Part shown: positions 1 to 37,900 of the stretch, piece after piece
How the letters are laid out: each line of letters opens with the position of its first letter
Position numbering within the stretch: position 1 is the stretch's first letter
Source of the DNA: Tubiluchus corallicola
Taxonomy: Eukaryota; Animalia; Priapulida
Length of the DNA stretch: 64,000 nt
Direction of reading: 5' to 3'
Assembly: GCA_030141605.1 (NCBI GenBank)
Contig: JAQGDQ010000190.1
Coordinates: 62,001 to 126,000 of the forward strand
Made by a program: the position numbers and the translations under genes
Notes under the pieces: model-generated
Seen by the model: only the letters and a program-made list of their open reading frames with translations
Told to the model about the DNA's origin: nothing
The model's database searches: none

Positions 1-23628
<23,628 letters not shown>

Positions 23629-23699
23629 TCTTAAAGAAGTTTGTTTTTAAAACTAAGCACGAAACTAAGAAACTGAAGTTTCATTTTTAATATTGTTTA

Positions 23700-23885
23700 T
23701 AAAAATGAGAAAAAGTCTTTAAATCACACAAACAGTACTAAGAAAATTGAAGAACTGCGCATGACGCTTGTAGCAGACATTTTTCGAAAGTACGGTACTC
23801 AGAATGCGCCAACAATAAACACTGCACTCTGATTAGGGACAGTACGGTCACAGTGAAAGGTCCTCTCATCTTCTCGCCACTCAGT
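23700..23885 (-). promoter_or_regulatory. Putative Mi-2 promoter
   Basis: CpG-enriched patch just upstream of the ATG, with NRF1/Ewg-like TGCGCATGAC (23756-23765) and a CCAAT-box-like CTGATTAGG. Confidence 0.4.
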
Positions 23886-24120
23886 ACTGTTATTATTCAA
23901 TTTTTCATTGTAAATGTAAAATTCTTACAAATCTAAAATGTGTTAAAATTTGGGTGCAATGCATAATCATAATGACTACGATGTTGTCGACTTAACTTCT
24001 TTAATTGATTAAATGTAGTAAATACATAGACATTTTATTTATCTCCTCATTTACACCAGGTTTAAAAGATTTCAGTCTTTAATAGATGAATGAGTGTGTG
24101 GCTGATTTGTCATTGATACA

Positions 24121-24403
24121 TTAGCAAAGCTATCATTAGGCATTAATCAACAGAAGTTGTCATTTCTATAAGTTCTTTATTGTTAATGTGTTCTTCTTGA
24201 CAAAGTCAGGAAATAATTTCTTATATATGGCTATTAGTGTGGTCAGAACACGCAATACGTTTTAGCAAAGCTATCATTAGGCATTAATCAACAGAAGTTG
24301 TCATTTCTATAAGTTCTTTATTTGTTAATGTGTTCTTCTTGACAAAGTCAGGAAATAATTTCTTATATATGGCTATTAATGTGGTCAGAACACGAAATAC
24401 GCT
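24121..24403 (+). repeat. Tandem duplication, unit about 141 bp
   Basis: TTAGCAAAGCTATCATTAGGC...GGTCAGAACACG occurs twice, nearly identical. Confidence 0.92.
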
Positions 24404-24794
24404 TTGTGACTGTTACTGAAAGTAACTCGATTTGTGCACAGTTTTGTTATAAATAGTCTTACGGTATAAATAACCTCTACATGTATAGATAAATTCTTCA
24501 GATTTTCTCATATTATATTGCTATTTTTTACTTTCATATCAAGCTCATCTAAAATAATTTTAATTAGTGAATCTTGGCTGATTTAATAACATACTGTTTG
24601 TTCTTCTGCCACTCATTTCTAGTAAATTTAAATTAATGCCATTTTTGTAAACTGCATGTAATAAATTACGTTGGGAATAAGTAAATCTGTAAAGTAGTGC
24701 AAGCAGATTGCTTACATTTTGGTGTCGTAACTGTTTCATTGACTTGAATGATCATAAATCTTTAGAATTCATAACAAGGGGACAACTGTAAATA

Positions 24795-24986
24795 CAGTCA
24801 AACCTCGTTATAACGACCCTCACCCCCCTTTACAATGTCAACTTTGTTTAATGCCAAAATTTTTAGCAAAACAAAATATCTACATTTGCATAGACAAATA
24901 TTATTGCACCTCCTTATAATGCTAAACTCACTATAATTCCAACTTTTTTGCAGTCCCAAAGTAAGTGGTATAAAGAGGTTTGTCTG
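24795..24986. mobile_element. Short pogo/Tigger-type MITE (about 190 bp), copy 1
   Basis: TA|CAGTCAAACCTC...GAGGTTTGTCTG; homologous along its length to 26466-26653. Confidence 0.8.
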
Positions 24987-25970
24987 AATATAGTACACTT
25001 GATAAAATGTACCACAAATGCAGCCAAACAGGTTACACAATTAATATTCTTTAAAAACTGACATTAATTGAAACATGAAAAGTTTCGAATAATCAAATTA
25101 TATTTATTCCATTTAGTTTTAGCAATACTGTACAACAAAATGATAAAATTACACATCCTATCATTACTATAAAAATAGATTTTGAATATCTGTATTCCGT
25201 AAGCAGGTAATAAGCAGATTATGAATAAACTGCTGCCATCAAATAATAACCGTTTCAGTTATTACACTACCAAATTACAATGGAGAGCACAGAAGCAGAA
25301 ACAAAATACTATACACATAGCAGCTTGCAATGCATTACTCAAAAGTCCATTACACAAACACCAGAAAATTCTGCAAAACTGGTAGAGAAACAGTAATTTA
25401 TGTGATGATATCAGTACAGTTGAGATATTTGAATTTTCAATTTATTTTGCTGAGCACCTTCACTGCAATAATAGACTGCTAAATCTTAAAAAGTTCAGCT
25501 CCTTTTCAGCTAGTAAACAATTCTAACAAGACAGGACTGCACTAATTATGGCTCTATGTCACTCAGACTTTCTAAAATCAGTAGTGGACATAATTACCAC
25601 AAAGAAAACTACAAAAGCTCCAAAATGAATGTATAATGTATTTAGATTATCATATTCTCCACATCATGATACATCGTTCAGCGTGGACTAAATGAGTCAC
25701 ACTGCACGAAGCACTGTACAATTTAGGCTGCCATTACATCACAGATAGCAAAATTCATGCTGTGAACTCATGACAGGCCATTGTTGACCAAGCTAATCGG
25801 AAAAAACTAGACAGATAGAGAAATTTACATGTTATTCTAGCAACTGACTAGTTCCTGCAAATTGTCATATGACTATTTTCCATTGTCTAATGTACATTCG
25901 TATTCCAACTTTACAAGTCTTTAGATGTGTAAATTTTATACAGCAAAGATAATTACAACTGCTAAGACAT

Positions 25971-28900
25971 TCAATAGCCACGTCCTCTGCCACGCCCACG
26001 AGATCGCTGAAACCCTCTACTTCTCGTCCCTTGACCACCTCTTCCCCTTGGTCCATGCCCACTCCTGCCACGACGCGAGCCTCTAGGACCAGAAAACCTT
26101 GGTAACCTTGAAGATGAGTTCTGTGCACCAGGTCCATCGTCCCAATGACGTTTTCTGTTGTCATTGCCAAAATTATTCTGAAAATCTTCAGGTCCAGCTT
26201 GAAAATGATTCTCTTGTCCATGTTGCCAGTGTTCTTGAGTACCCATGTTTTGCTCTGCCATATCTGGAGGCGGACCCAGTAATGATGGCCGAGGATGTTT
26301 AGGGCCTACTTCTTGATGAAAATGCTCTCTTTCCATTTCATTTCCAGGAAAGTTTGCAGGAAGTGCCCTTTCTGACTGGAGAAATGGTGGAGGTCCACTG
26401 CGATCCATGTCACGACCTGAATAATACAAATATATTAGTGGATTACATCCACGAGGTTCAATGTACAGTAAAACCACGTTTTAACACCCCCTGTATAATG
26501 CCCACCTCGTTTAATGCCCAATTTCTTGGAAAAACAAAAAGCCTATATTTGCATAAACATGTATTTATTAATGCACCTCATTATAATGTCAAACTCGCTT
26601 AATGTCAACTTTTTTTGTAGTCCCAAAGTGGGTGGTACAAAGAGGTTTGGCTGTAATATTATATACAGTAATGTAATCATGTAGAGTAAATGACTAAGTG
26701 TCACAATAAACTTACATAGTCAGCTAAGCCACATGACATCAAAGAATTCATCTCTACATGACCTATAGTTTCATTCATGTTGAACCCTTATACTGTTGGA
26801 AACATGACAGCTCAGCAGAAAAAAAATTCTGTCACTGTACCTGTGTGTGTGTGTTTTTTTTTTGTCATTTATCATAAACCAGGTTCTCAGAACATTGGAG
26901 CAGCACTACTAAATAAAATCTCAAAACAATACCTGAATGTACACCGTTCTCGTTCCGATGTGGACTTCTAGTCCGAGTCCGACTGTCATCGTGTATGTCT
27001 GCAACAGCCTTCTCTGAAGGTTTAGCAAGTAATGGTTGTCTCTTTTTCTCAGTTTCTAATAACAACACAAAGTTATGAGTAAATGCCTGACATGGCAATG
27101 AATGTCTAAAGCTAAATTAAGGCAAAAAAGAATGTAAACTTGATTCCAAACAACAAAAATTTGCAAATTGGAAGAATTTAGACTTTTTAAAATTAAGCTA
27201 TAACCAATGTGCAATTGATTCAATCTATATCCATGCAATGTCAAGTATCTGAGTGAATACTCCTGTACATTATAATACAGGACTGACGAGCAAGTTCAGA
27301 AGTTAAGCATTAAGACAAAGTATCAATATAATAATTATTACTTTTGGCTGCAGGCAAGAGCACCTAGTCTAGGCAACCTGAAGAAGTCTCTCTGTCAATT
27401 TAATTATTATCAGTTGTTCAGGTTCACTTGTTCAGGTAAGTCAACTAAAATTGCAAACACTCAGCACTAGAAGAACTCGTGCTAATTAAATTCAAGTCTT
27501 CAAGTCGGTAAAGGGCATTGACAAAATTGATTGTGGAAACTTCTTCGAGTTCCAGAATTCAAGTATGTCATCAAGGCATCACAGTATGCAGATATAACAA
27601 ACGAGTTAATCTGGATTTGGGAAATTCTTTTTTAGTTAGGATTTCGAAAATGCCTGGAATGAGCTTCCCCAAGCAGCCATTAGATTATTATCATAATTAT
27701 TTATTATATACAATGCCAATGTGTACATGTACATACGGAACAACATGTGACATGCAAAGTTTATAAATCATCAGCACATGAAGACAAAGCATGAAGCCAT
27801 TGATGCATCTACAGTAAATCAATTCAAAGATGCTATTCTAGGTTATGCAAATACGTTAGAACAGCAATACATTGAATGGGCTACACGAAAAAGCTATTTT
27901 TAAATACTGATGGAGACTTGTGTGCTGAAAGTCACCATTTGCTCTAAACCTTCGTCCATAAACCAACTATCAGCTGCTATGTATATGTATATTAAATCGT
28001 TTTTGTTTTTTAAGTGTTGCGCTAGTGCCACAAATAAAATTGCTAAATAGAAGTGTCTATAATATAACCCTAAGGGTTTTCTACACGTCAAGGCTATCCA
28101 CATGTGAAGGATAACTATGTGTAACTACTTAAGAAGAGGGTAGCCGATAGTAACTAAATGTAACTAAAGACATTAAAGTGCATCAAATATATTACTGATA
28201 TGCTCACACACATACATCAATTAGCACATTATTACCTTGATATTCCTTTTTCATTTCAATGTCTACCTCATCGGGCACTAGATTTATTGAAGTTGCAGAC
28301 TGCCATGCCTCTTCAAACTGTTTAGGTACAGGCTTTGCATACGGTGTCTTTTTAATGTGCACTGATCTAGGAAAGTCAGCCCATTCTAAACCAGGAATCA
28401 GTGACTCTGGTTTTTTCACTAAAAACCAACAACAAAAACAAGTAAATGTAATGCTAATTCATTTCAACAAATTACTATTTTCAGTAACATTTTTCAAGAT
28501 AAAATTAAAGTAGTAAATTGCATAAATTTGTAACTAGATTCTAATATTAAAATTTTATCAAAATAATATTTATTGTTAACATTGAAAAGATTCATTTAAA
28601 ACATTGAATACAGACCTTCCTTCAAGTGCTCAGGAATACCATGTTCTAATCCCATTCCAGGAATTACTGGTGCTGCTGCTTCACTATCTATAATGAAACA
28701 AGAGTAAAAAGAAAATCAATAATCTAACGCTACAAAATAATTCTAGAGAGAGTGTAACTAAAGCTCAATAACTAACAAAGAATAAGATTTGCGTCATGCT
28801 GTACTGCAATCAGTATACAAGTAAAAATAAACATTCATAGGGTAAAAAATTTTATACCAGCACTAGCTACAGAGTCATCAGTCACATCCATTGAGCTTAA

Positions 28901-31900
28901 TTTCTCTAAATGGAACCGTTCCTTCAATTTGTCACCAGGCTTTGGTCGATTCCAGAATTTTCTGTGAAATAAAAGTTATTTCCTGCATTCAGAGAGGTTA
29001 TAATTTACAATTTTACATTATGGCAATAAAATTTGTTTTCCAGTGTTTTCACTTCAAATGAAATTCAGTGCAGCAATGATTTTAGTTGAAATGTACATTT
29101 TTAATTCTACACACTAGGCAGTAATCTTAGAATATGTAATGTGTCATGGAGAGTAATAAATGTGTTCAGAATGTATTTTACTGCAGCATCACACATTGCA
29201 CTTGCAACCTCTGCTTCTCATCATTTCAAATGAAGTAAAAAGTTTTTTTTTACAAGTTTCAGAAGCAAAAACCTAAACAAAGGAGATTATACGGAAAAAT
29301 GAGCATTTTCACAGTTCCAGCAATTGATGATGATCGTGAAAAGGTCAAAGGTTAAGTGTACCAGAGAATGCATTTGTGTACACTTGACAATGCTTCGCAA
29401 CCTATGCTATTGTAATAGTAACATTTTCAACGTATTTTATCAGCTAGCTAGAACCTCACCTAGTCATTTTTTCTTGTTCCCAAGCAAGATCCTGTTAGTA
29501 AATCACTCTATGCACAGATTAATGCATAATTAAATAAAGTTAAATGAAGTTACTAAAGTAATGCGAGAGATGCCTTGCTTTACCCACATGTCACATGCCG
29601 GTTGTAGCTAAGACGACGTCGCTGTGGCACACTTAACATTTGACCTACAGCAACTGCATGTGCACACAACGAAACTATGAAAAGGCTTATTTAGATGTAC
29701 AGTTTGCTTTAAAATAGTATTTTACTAGAGCTAACATGAGAGCAGACAGATAAAAATGTACACGTCTTGCATTCAAACAGATAAATAACACTAAATGATT
29801 TAGCCAATTACAGCAGGAAAACAATAGCAATTTACAAGCATTTTCTTTGAAATTATTGAAGATAACTATAGAAAGAAAGTCACTAACGTTGTGTGATCAT
29901 TAGAACCAGAAGCTAAGATATGTCCTAGTGGATGCCATGCTAACGTCCAAACCATATTCTCATGTGCCATTTCCACTGATCCTAATTCTTTATCACTCCT
30001 AAAGAACAAATAGGTCTTCGTGCAGGGATTACATGTATTTTTACAATTCATAGCTCAACATGGCTTGCTGCCTGGTGAAAGCATACATTTATTGAAAATA
30101 AAAACATAACTAAAAATATTTTATATCAATAAGTGAATGTCAGATATAATGATTTTATATGCTGTAAGTCCACAGTAAGACAGAGTGGGTTATTTTTTTA
30201 ATACGTAAGAAAATTATATTTTAGCATGTTGTTAATGGTAGGAATTTACTTTACTTACCCAACTTGCCACCATACAATATCACCCACAGATCCACCACTA
30301 GCAAATACATTTTCGTGAGTAGGACTCCAAGCCAAACCTGAAGTTAAGAAAAATTACAATTTTTTTTCTAAAATCAAATAACAAAAAATAACTTTAATTC
30401 TGTCTATAATATGTGAATTCATTATGACACAGCAACTCGAATGTTAACTAAAAGTAACTCTGGACATCAAAAAATGCTTCCTAAATAGTTCAAAATTGGG
30501 TAAAATTTTGCATTGACATTAAGACAATTATATTCAAGAACTAACACCAACAGATTTTTAATTCATAATACACATCTTTCAATAGTGTGATCACACTTCA
30601 AACTTCTGCTGACTAAATGCAAATGTGGTGTCGGTGTATGTACTAGTAATGAATGAATGCATAAAAGAATGAACGGCTGAATGAATGACGAGTAAGAAAA
30701 TGAATAAACAAACAAAAGAATTAATAAATAAATGAGTGACAATTTGTAACACAGTCAGCATTAAAAACAAATATGATTTGTACAAATAAAACGTTTTTGT
30801 ACAACTGTTACATTTATTTGACAAATTTCGTGTGAAGAAGTTTATGCGATGTGTGTTTGTGTTCAACGATGCCAGTGATAGAAAAAATGATATCGTTTAA
30901 AATTGTATGTAATACGCGTTCATGGTAACACTAGTCTAATAATTAGTGTTAATTAAACCTATGTACAGTGTAAAGATAAACAATATAAACATATATAACC
31001 AGTACAAATAACTTTGCAACAGAACTGACGCAGTACTCAAAAGTATCTAAAACTTACTGTTAAGAATCACCATAAATTAAAAAAGTGATATCTTACTGCA
31101 GGCTTCCTTCTTGTGACCGCGGAATGTTTGCAATTCTTTCATCGCTCGAATGTCAAACAATTTTATGAGATGATCACGCGATGCACTCAGTAACCAGTTA
31201 CCATTTTGGTTCCAACTCACGTTCATCACAGTACCCTTGTGTATATGCCTGTAGAGATATTACAATGTTTGTAAGGGTAAGTAAGCCACATGCACTTGTA
31301 GAGCTACACGTGTATGATACTAGCACAATGATAGGCTCCTTATTGCATATAAGCAGGTTTGAAGTAATTATTGTCAATTGACAAAAAACACAAGCTAGAC
31401 CATACAGAATATCCAAGATGGTAAATTAAAGCCTGTAAATCAATTTAATGACAAAATATTCTGCTTATCTAAGTTTTTATCTAAATATAAATATAATAAG
31501 CTCTTTTATTTTGTATCACAAAATGGGAATGTACTGGTTAAACCAAAAAGCACACATATAATTTTCCCCTTTCTCTCAAGAGCTCTTGAAAACCTATAAC
31601 AAGCAGAGACATCACTAACTCCAACTAATGACCCCTCAAATTTACCATAGGGTCACTAAAGACTGAATTCCACATTTCACTTGCATTTACTATTGATATC
31701 GATGGTTAAGTAAAAATATATGACATAACCTTTGCCCTAAAGAAATACAGAAAACTAAATATACCTTGTGACAGTTCTACTTCATTCTATTATTGGACTA
31801 ATTGTCCAATTAGCTGGTTAGCAGTAGTATACAAACACATATAAATAATGGTGGTATATAATGCCTAGCTACAGTCAATATCTACGTGTAATTTTCGTCA

Positions 31901-34900
31901 CAACAATCATGAAGCTTTGCTAAACCACCAGTATACTCACAGTGTTGCTAAACTATGACCAGATTTAGGATCCCATAATTTAACTGGCTGTTGTGTGTCC
32001 TTGCTACCAGATGCTACTAAACCCATCTGTGGATGCCAATCCACACATTTAACATCAGCACCATGACCTGCAAAAAAGCGAAACAATCATTGCATTCAAA
32101 TGAATGATTCTACGTTGACAGAATAATCAAATTTGTCATTTAGAAATATGCTACACTTTGAAACTTGGCTACATTTCCATATAAATGCCCGAACATGCTT
32201 TTCATCAAGAAAAATCTTTGTTTCACATGCTTTTCATTGCAACAAATGATTAAAAATTCCCCTGAAAATTATGAGCACAAGATTCTTAATGGGTGTGAAA
32301 TTTCAGATAAGAGAAGTTTATAGCGAATCAGAGAACTGACTGCATGAGTTGTTTGATTCGTACATTTAGTGCACTGTAATTTTGCACACAGATCACCACA
32401 TATAGCCAAACAAATTGCTGTATGAACTGTTTTTCAGTTTGCCCTCTATATTGGCTAATTACATTTTTAAACGTGTCATAAAATGCCTTAGTTTGCATGA
32501 TTTACAATGTGGAAACTCTGACCTCTGGTCAAGGGGAAGAACAGTGGGGCGTCGGTCAGTTTTATAATTATGATTCAACTCCTCCTAGGGCTTCCACTTT
32601 TTTCCTAATTTTTTTCCACAACCATTTGAGTACTGTGGGGTAGATGTGCACCCAACGTTTTAAAATGCTGGCAAACTTTAAATGTCCGAGACGGGACCAA
32701 AATGCAAAATTTGGGTCCCCATTTGGTGGCCTTTTACATGCTGAGGGCTAGCAACACAAAAGTCACAGGGTACACTCTCTGGGCAAAGGGAACTATGGAT
32801 ACAAGTGACCCGAGTTGTCAGGTCAAAGGTCAAGGAGCAGGTGGGCCTTCATTTATTTTCCTTTAAGGTCCAACTGTTCCTATAGTTTTTAATCTAGGGC
32901 CACAATATTTGGTATGTTGCCAGGTAGGGTCACGCCTTTGTGCACCAAAAAATATTGGCATGCGAATGAAGGAAAATTTTCCGCTGAGGGCAAAAACCGA
33001 AAAATGGGGATCGGCAACAGAAGTGCATAGAGTGTCGAGCTTGTAGCTAGGGACAAAATAGGGGTCGAGGAGACAAATGCCTTCCAGTGTCAACCGAAAG
33101 TAGTTTGTAGTTACATCAAATGAAAGATCTCAATGAAACAAATTGAATGGTATAGGTTATGCCATGATTAGTTGACCTCTGACCTATGGGTCGTGCGTTG
33201 AAAAATTCAAATTGCGATTTTGTTGCGAAGCGTAGTTCCTATGTAATTAAGCAACAATCAGAATTCAATAAAATCTAAATTACAATTTTCACGCAAAAAG
33301 CAGCCTCGTTACAAAGCCCAATTCTGTAACTATTGTTTATAAAAATCTTCAGTTCCTGACGATGTCAGAAACATTGTCAGCTAGTCATCTCTGCTTTCTT
33401 TACACTTACAAGTACACTCAACTTTTCTCACTTATAGATTGCATGCAAAAATTACACTTAAACACACAATACTTGCTTATAACTTATGACAAGAATTTCT
33501 TGTTGTTCTTGCTTGCAGTAGCTGTCAGCAAAGCTACCCTTAACAAAGCTCCATCCCTACTGTTGTGTCAATGAGTGTCTACACTACTAGTGTTTAAAAT
33601 ACTTAGTGTGAAATGTGCTCTGTTCAAACTTCCCTGTGTCTAACTTGGCTTCTGTCCAAACTGTAATGGGTACAAGTAATGAATACGAAGTGTTTTGTGC
33701 CAAATGCCCAGATTTCCTTGCATCAAAAAGCCCCCTTATCTACATTATTTATTTGCCATTCTGTGTCAAATGTTCCACGCCACCAAATGACATATTTGTC
33801 ATTGTTATATTTATTAATAATCATCTTAAGTCTGATTATAATTAAGTCTAATTTATAATTTTATGCTCGTTAATCATTTACATCCTGATAATGGTGTTTG
33901 TTAATATGTCCAGATGCTTAAGATTTGAGGTTTACTGAAAATGTCCTTATGGAATTATGTTACACTTGAATGGTTATTCAGTTTGCAGATGTGAATTTGG
34001 TGAAACACTAACTACTAACTAACAACTACTCCTATACAAGAATAATGCTTTAGATAAAATGTAATAATATTTAAATCTTCAACGTTTAATTTACATAGCT
34101 CACAGTGCTAATCTAAGTAGAGTTTTGTTATCAACTTAGTAGAAGGGTGGTAGATTTGATGACCTTTCGGTCTTTTTGCTACCCTGTCTCTCTTAGCTGT
34201 CACATCATTTGTTAATGCTCTGTTTACTATGTTATTGAGACAAATAAATTATTCTGTATGAATCAAACCTCTGCCCAAACAATCCAATGTTAAAACTATC
34301 TCTGCGCCAAAATATATTATGGACGGTGTACATGCTCATTGTGACTAAAAATTATCTGATGATGATGATCAACAGAGAAAGAAAAAGAGAGGGAAACGGG
34401 AAAAGAGGGCGCAGGAGTGAGTCTGCAAAAGAAAGAGGGAAGGAGAAAGAAAGGGATGGGGAAAAAAAAGGAAAGCATAAGATTTGTTTATGGTTTTCAC
34501 AATCATTGCAAACTCACAAGCCAAGAGCTACGAGATATTGAACACAGAATCAATTACAGGATTGATTACAACTATGAATGAATGGCAATTAATGTTCATG
34601 GATTTTAATTTTTTGTTTAATAGTTTTTTAATAGTTGAAAAATACAAAATGAGGTATTGCTTGTGCTTACTAGGCGACATCCAACTAACGCGTTGTTTCT
34701 ACAATAACAGTTTACACACAAATTACAAAGTAAATTTTCTCACTACTATAGACCTACTGAACAAAAATTAAAGATTTAAAATTCTTAATTTAGCAGTGAA
34801 TTACCAAACTGTGGCAGCTGATAACTGCTTGAACTCATTAGCAGTTATTAAATAATTTATTCGTTAACATCAATGTGGTGTTTACCATTTACATTTGAAC

Positions 34901-37900
34901 AAGTCTAAAAGGACTTAATGTTAAGCAGTTATTGGTCTCAGTGCAATGCTCAAAGACAAACCCAGAGAAAACTTGCACAAGGTGTCTTAAAAAAGCGAAC
35001 AATGGAAATTTGTTGCTTTCAGCATCCATCTATAATTTGTTAACACGTCACAAACAGTTTTTATATAAGCTAGTGATGCACGCTGCAAATCAACCAGAAA
35101 TACTTTTTGTTCAAAAACAAAAGTGCACGTTGTTAAAAGGTAACAAACCATAATGCTGTCTTGAAATTTAACTAGTGTGAGACACAGGTCAGTTTGCCAA
35201 GAACTTCATTAATGATACATATGATCAAAAAGCACTGAAATTGCAAAAGCAATGCAAAAGCAATACCTGCCTCTACAGGGCAGCTATCATTTACATAATT
35301 ATGTCACTCTAAACCTATTAACATGACCTGATTAAAATGCGGAACACCTACACTGTAGCTTCTCAGTTTGACGTTTAGATGCCGTGAGATGGGCTAATGA
35401 TCTGAGTGAATGATCTGACCATGACTAACTTTCAAGCCAAGCATCCTGTAGAAATGACCCAAAGATACGACTGTATCCACACAGTCTCTAGTAAACCAGC
35501 ATTTGCACAAAGTTACACCAATTTTCCATCAAGTATTAAGCAACTTAAATTTGAGTGATAATTATGAAAAAGGGGAGCAAATAAACACAAATTTACCTAC
35601 CTCTGAGAATCTTTTCTTCAGTGCAGTGAGCAAAATCCCACACTCTAACTGTCCCATCGTCAGACGATGATGCAAACTTATTGTCGGTCGGGCAAAAACT
35701 ATCAGATAGAAACAAGACAAAATGTTTTGCGTGTAAAACTGACGCATGTCACAGTGTGGCACATTAAAGTTGATTGAACATACACTACATTTATTAGGTT
35801 CACTGTGCATATAATATAGCTGCATTGTCACAACTGTTGACACTTGTGTTTTTGTTCTGCAACTCTTTTTATTTTCAAAATATATAATTAATATTCAAGA
35901 GTCAATATAAGAACCTATGTTTCGTAGTGCACACAAATGCAAAACATATAATTTTAATCTTCATATTGCAAACATTTTATTGAAGAAACACTTAACTGCC
36001 TGATATCCTACAGTTAGCAAGCAACCAATACAAAAAACACATCAGGCGAATGTATTATATTCTACATTCTAATAAAAATGTCACAATTCTAAATGTATAA
36101 GTTAGTGTAAAAAAGTAAACAAAATAAAAACTATGTACAGAAAATTGTAATATAAGAATTAGACATACTGTATTAAAATCTTTCTTCAAATTTTAAGTGG
36201 GCAAATGAATGGATTTTTCAGGATTAGATCACAGTACATATATCACAGTTTATTGCATTAATTAAAATTATAGCTCTGCTGGTATGATATTGTTATGCAC
36301 AATGCCTTGTATTAAATTTTTAATGCTTGAGTTGGCTTATGTCTGTGGTACACCCTCGCTAACCCTCGTGGTACACAACATACATCATTACATCACAGTA
36401 ATCAAACACAATTTTAAAAACAGGAAAGCACTTTTTATGGCCAGAATTGCATCAAATTCACATCACACAACATTTAGTGAATACGCATGCACATTTTGGA
36501 ACCTCTTTGGACACCTTGACTGTGTTATTATATAATTATGATGTTTCTCATTTATGTAATCATTCACTATCTTTTATGTTATTTTAATTAATTTACTTAT
36601 TTAAGCATACTTTTGACATTTAAACATCACTCATTTATTTTGAGTCTGGTGCTTACTCAGAACCTTCATCATTGCTATTGAACGAGCCTGCACAATGTGC
36701 CTGCGCGAGGTCGCACTTCACTTATTTTTTTCTGTTTTGGTTTGCACTTCAGATTTGCTGCTATTCTTTTACATCTTCCAAACATTCTACTCCCATATCG
36801 TTTCGATATTGCATTGCTGCTTTGATGTACTGGCTTGCTTGTTTCAGTAATTCACTATTCAAGCTTGATGCATCCCTGTTTGTTTCGTTACTGCAGTATT
36901 CAAGCTGGATACATCCCTGCTTGTTTCAGTACTTTGCTATTCAAGCTGGATACATTCCTGCTTGTTTAAGTACTTCACTATTCTAGCTTGATGCATCCCT
37001 GCTTGTTTCGGTACTGCAGTATTCAAACTGGATACATCCCTGCTTGTTAAGTACTTCACTATTCTAGCTGGATACATCCCTGTTTGTTTCAGTACTTCAT
37101 TATTCAAGCTGGATACATCCCTGCTTGTTACAGTACTTCACTATTCAAGCTGGATACATCCCTGCTTGTTTTAGTACTTCACTAATCAAGTTGGATACAT
37201 CCCTGCTTGTTACAGTACTTCGCTACTCAAGCTGGATACATTCCACTTTCTCATCTTAGTTAATATGACGCGCTCAAACAAATGCTCTGTTGTATCTTGT
37301 TCTTCACTACATAATGGGTATTCTAAGTTATTAACGTACTTATTCTTATAATTTGCTTTTACTTCTATCATATTTAAGCATACTTTTTTTATAGCAATTA
37401 CATCCCATTGCAGTTGGAAATATAGTTTCCCTTTTCAGGGCTAATTAATGATAAGAACCTTAATTTTGTTTTATTTGTTATTGCTTGCTGGTATAGCTCA
37501 TTTATCTTTATTTGTATAGCTTTCTTTACTTGTTTTTTCCATGATGACCATTTAACATTATTACTTTGTTTTTATTTATGTATGTTTACTGAACATGTAA
37601 CTGGAAGCACCTAAGTCATCTTTCATTCTGATAATCTTATAGCTACTGCATGTAGCTACATGTTGTTTGAAATTTGATGCGTGATATGTGACCATATGGC
37701 TATGACTGAATGATATACGTGTTCAGTGTACGTAATCACGCATATTTTTCAGTTCTTACTCAAGAATAAATAACATGAAATGTATCCTATACTATATTTC
37801 TCATTACAAGTGTATGTACTTATAATAATAATGTAGTCCTGCATGACAGTAATTGTAATGCTCATATTACTCAACTTTGGCAAAAAGGGAGTGAACAATG

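Noticed and set aside
29160-29230. Second C/D snoRNA-like pattern (ATGATGA...CTGA on minus)
   Set aside because: No terminal stem, short, and no recognisable guide sequence.
34287-34541. Lys/Arg/Glu-rich ORF
   Set aside because: Purine-rich low-complexity tract antisense in a WDR33 intron, with no splice support.
36830-37245. CRISPR-like regular repeat, and ORF 36672..36986
   Set aside because: Units are contiguous with no unique spacers, there are no cas genes, and the context is a eukaryotic intron; the 41-bp unit is not a multiple of 3.
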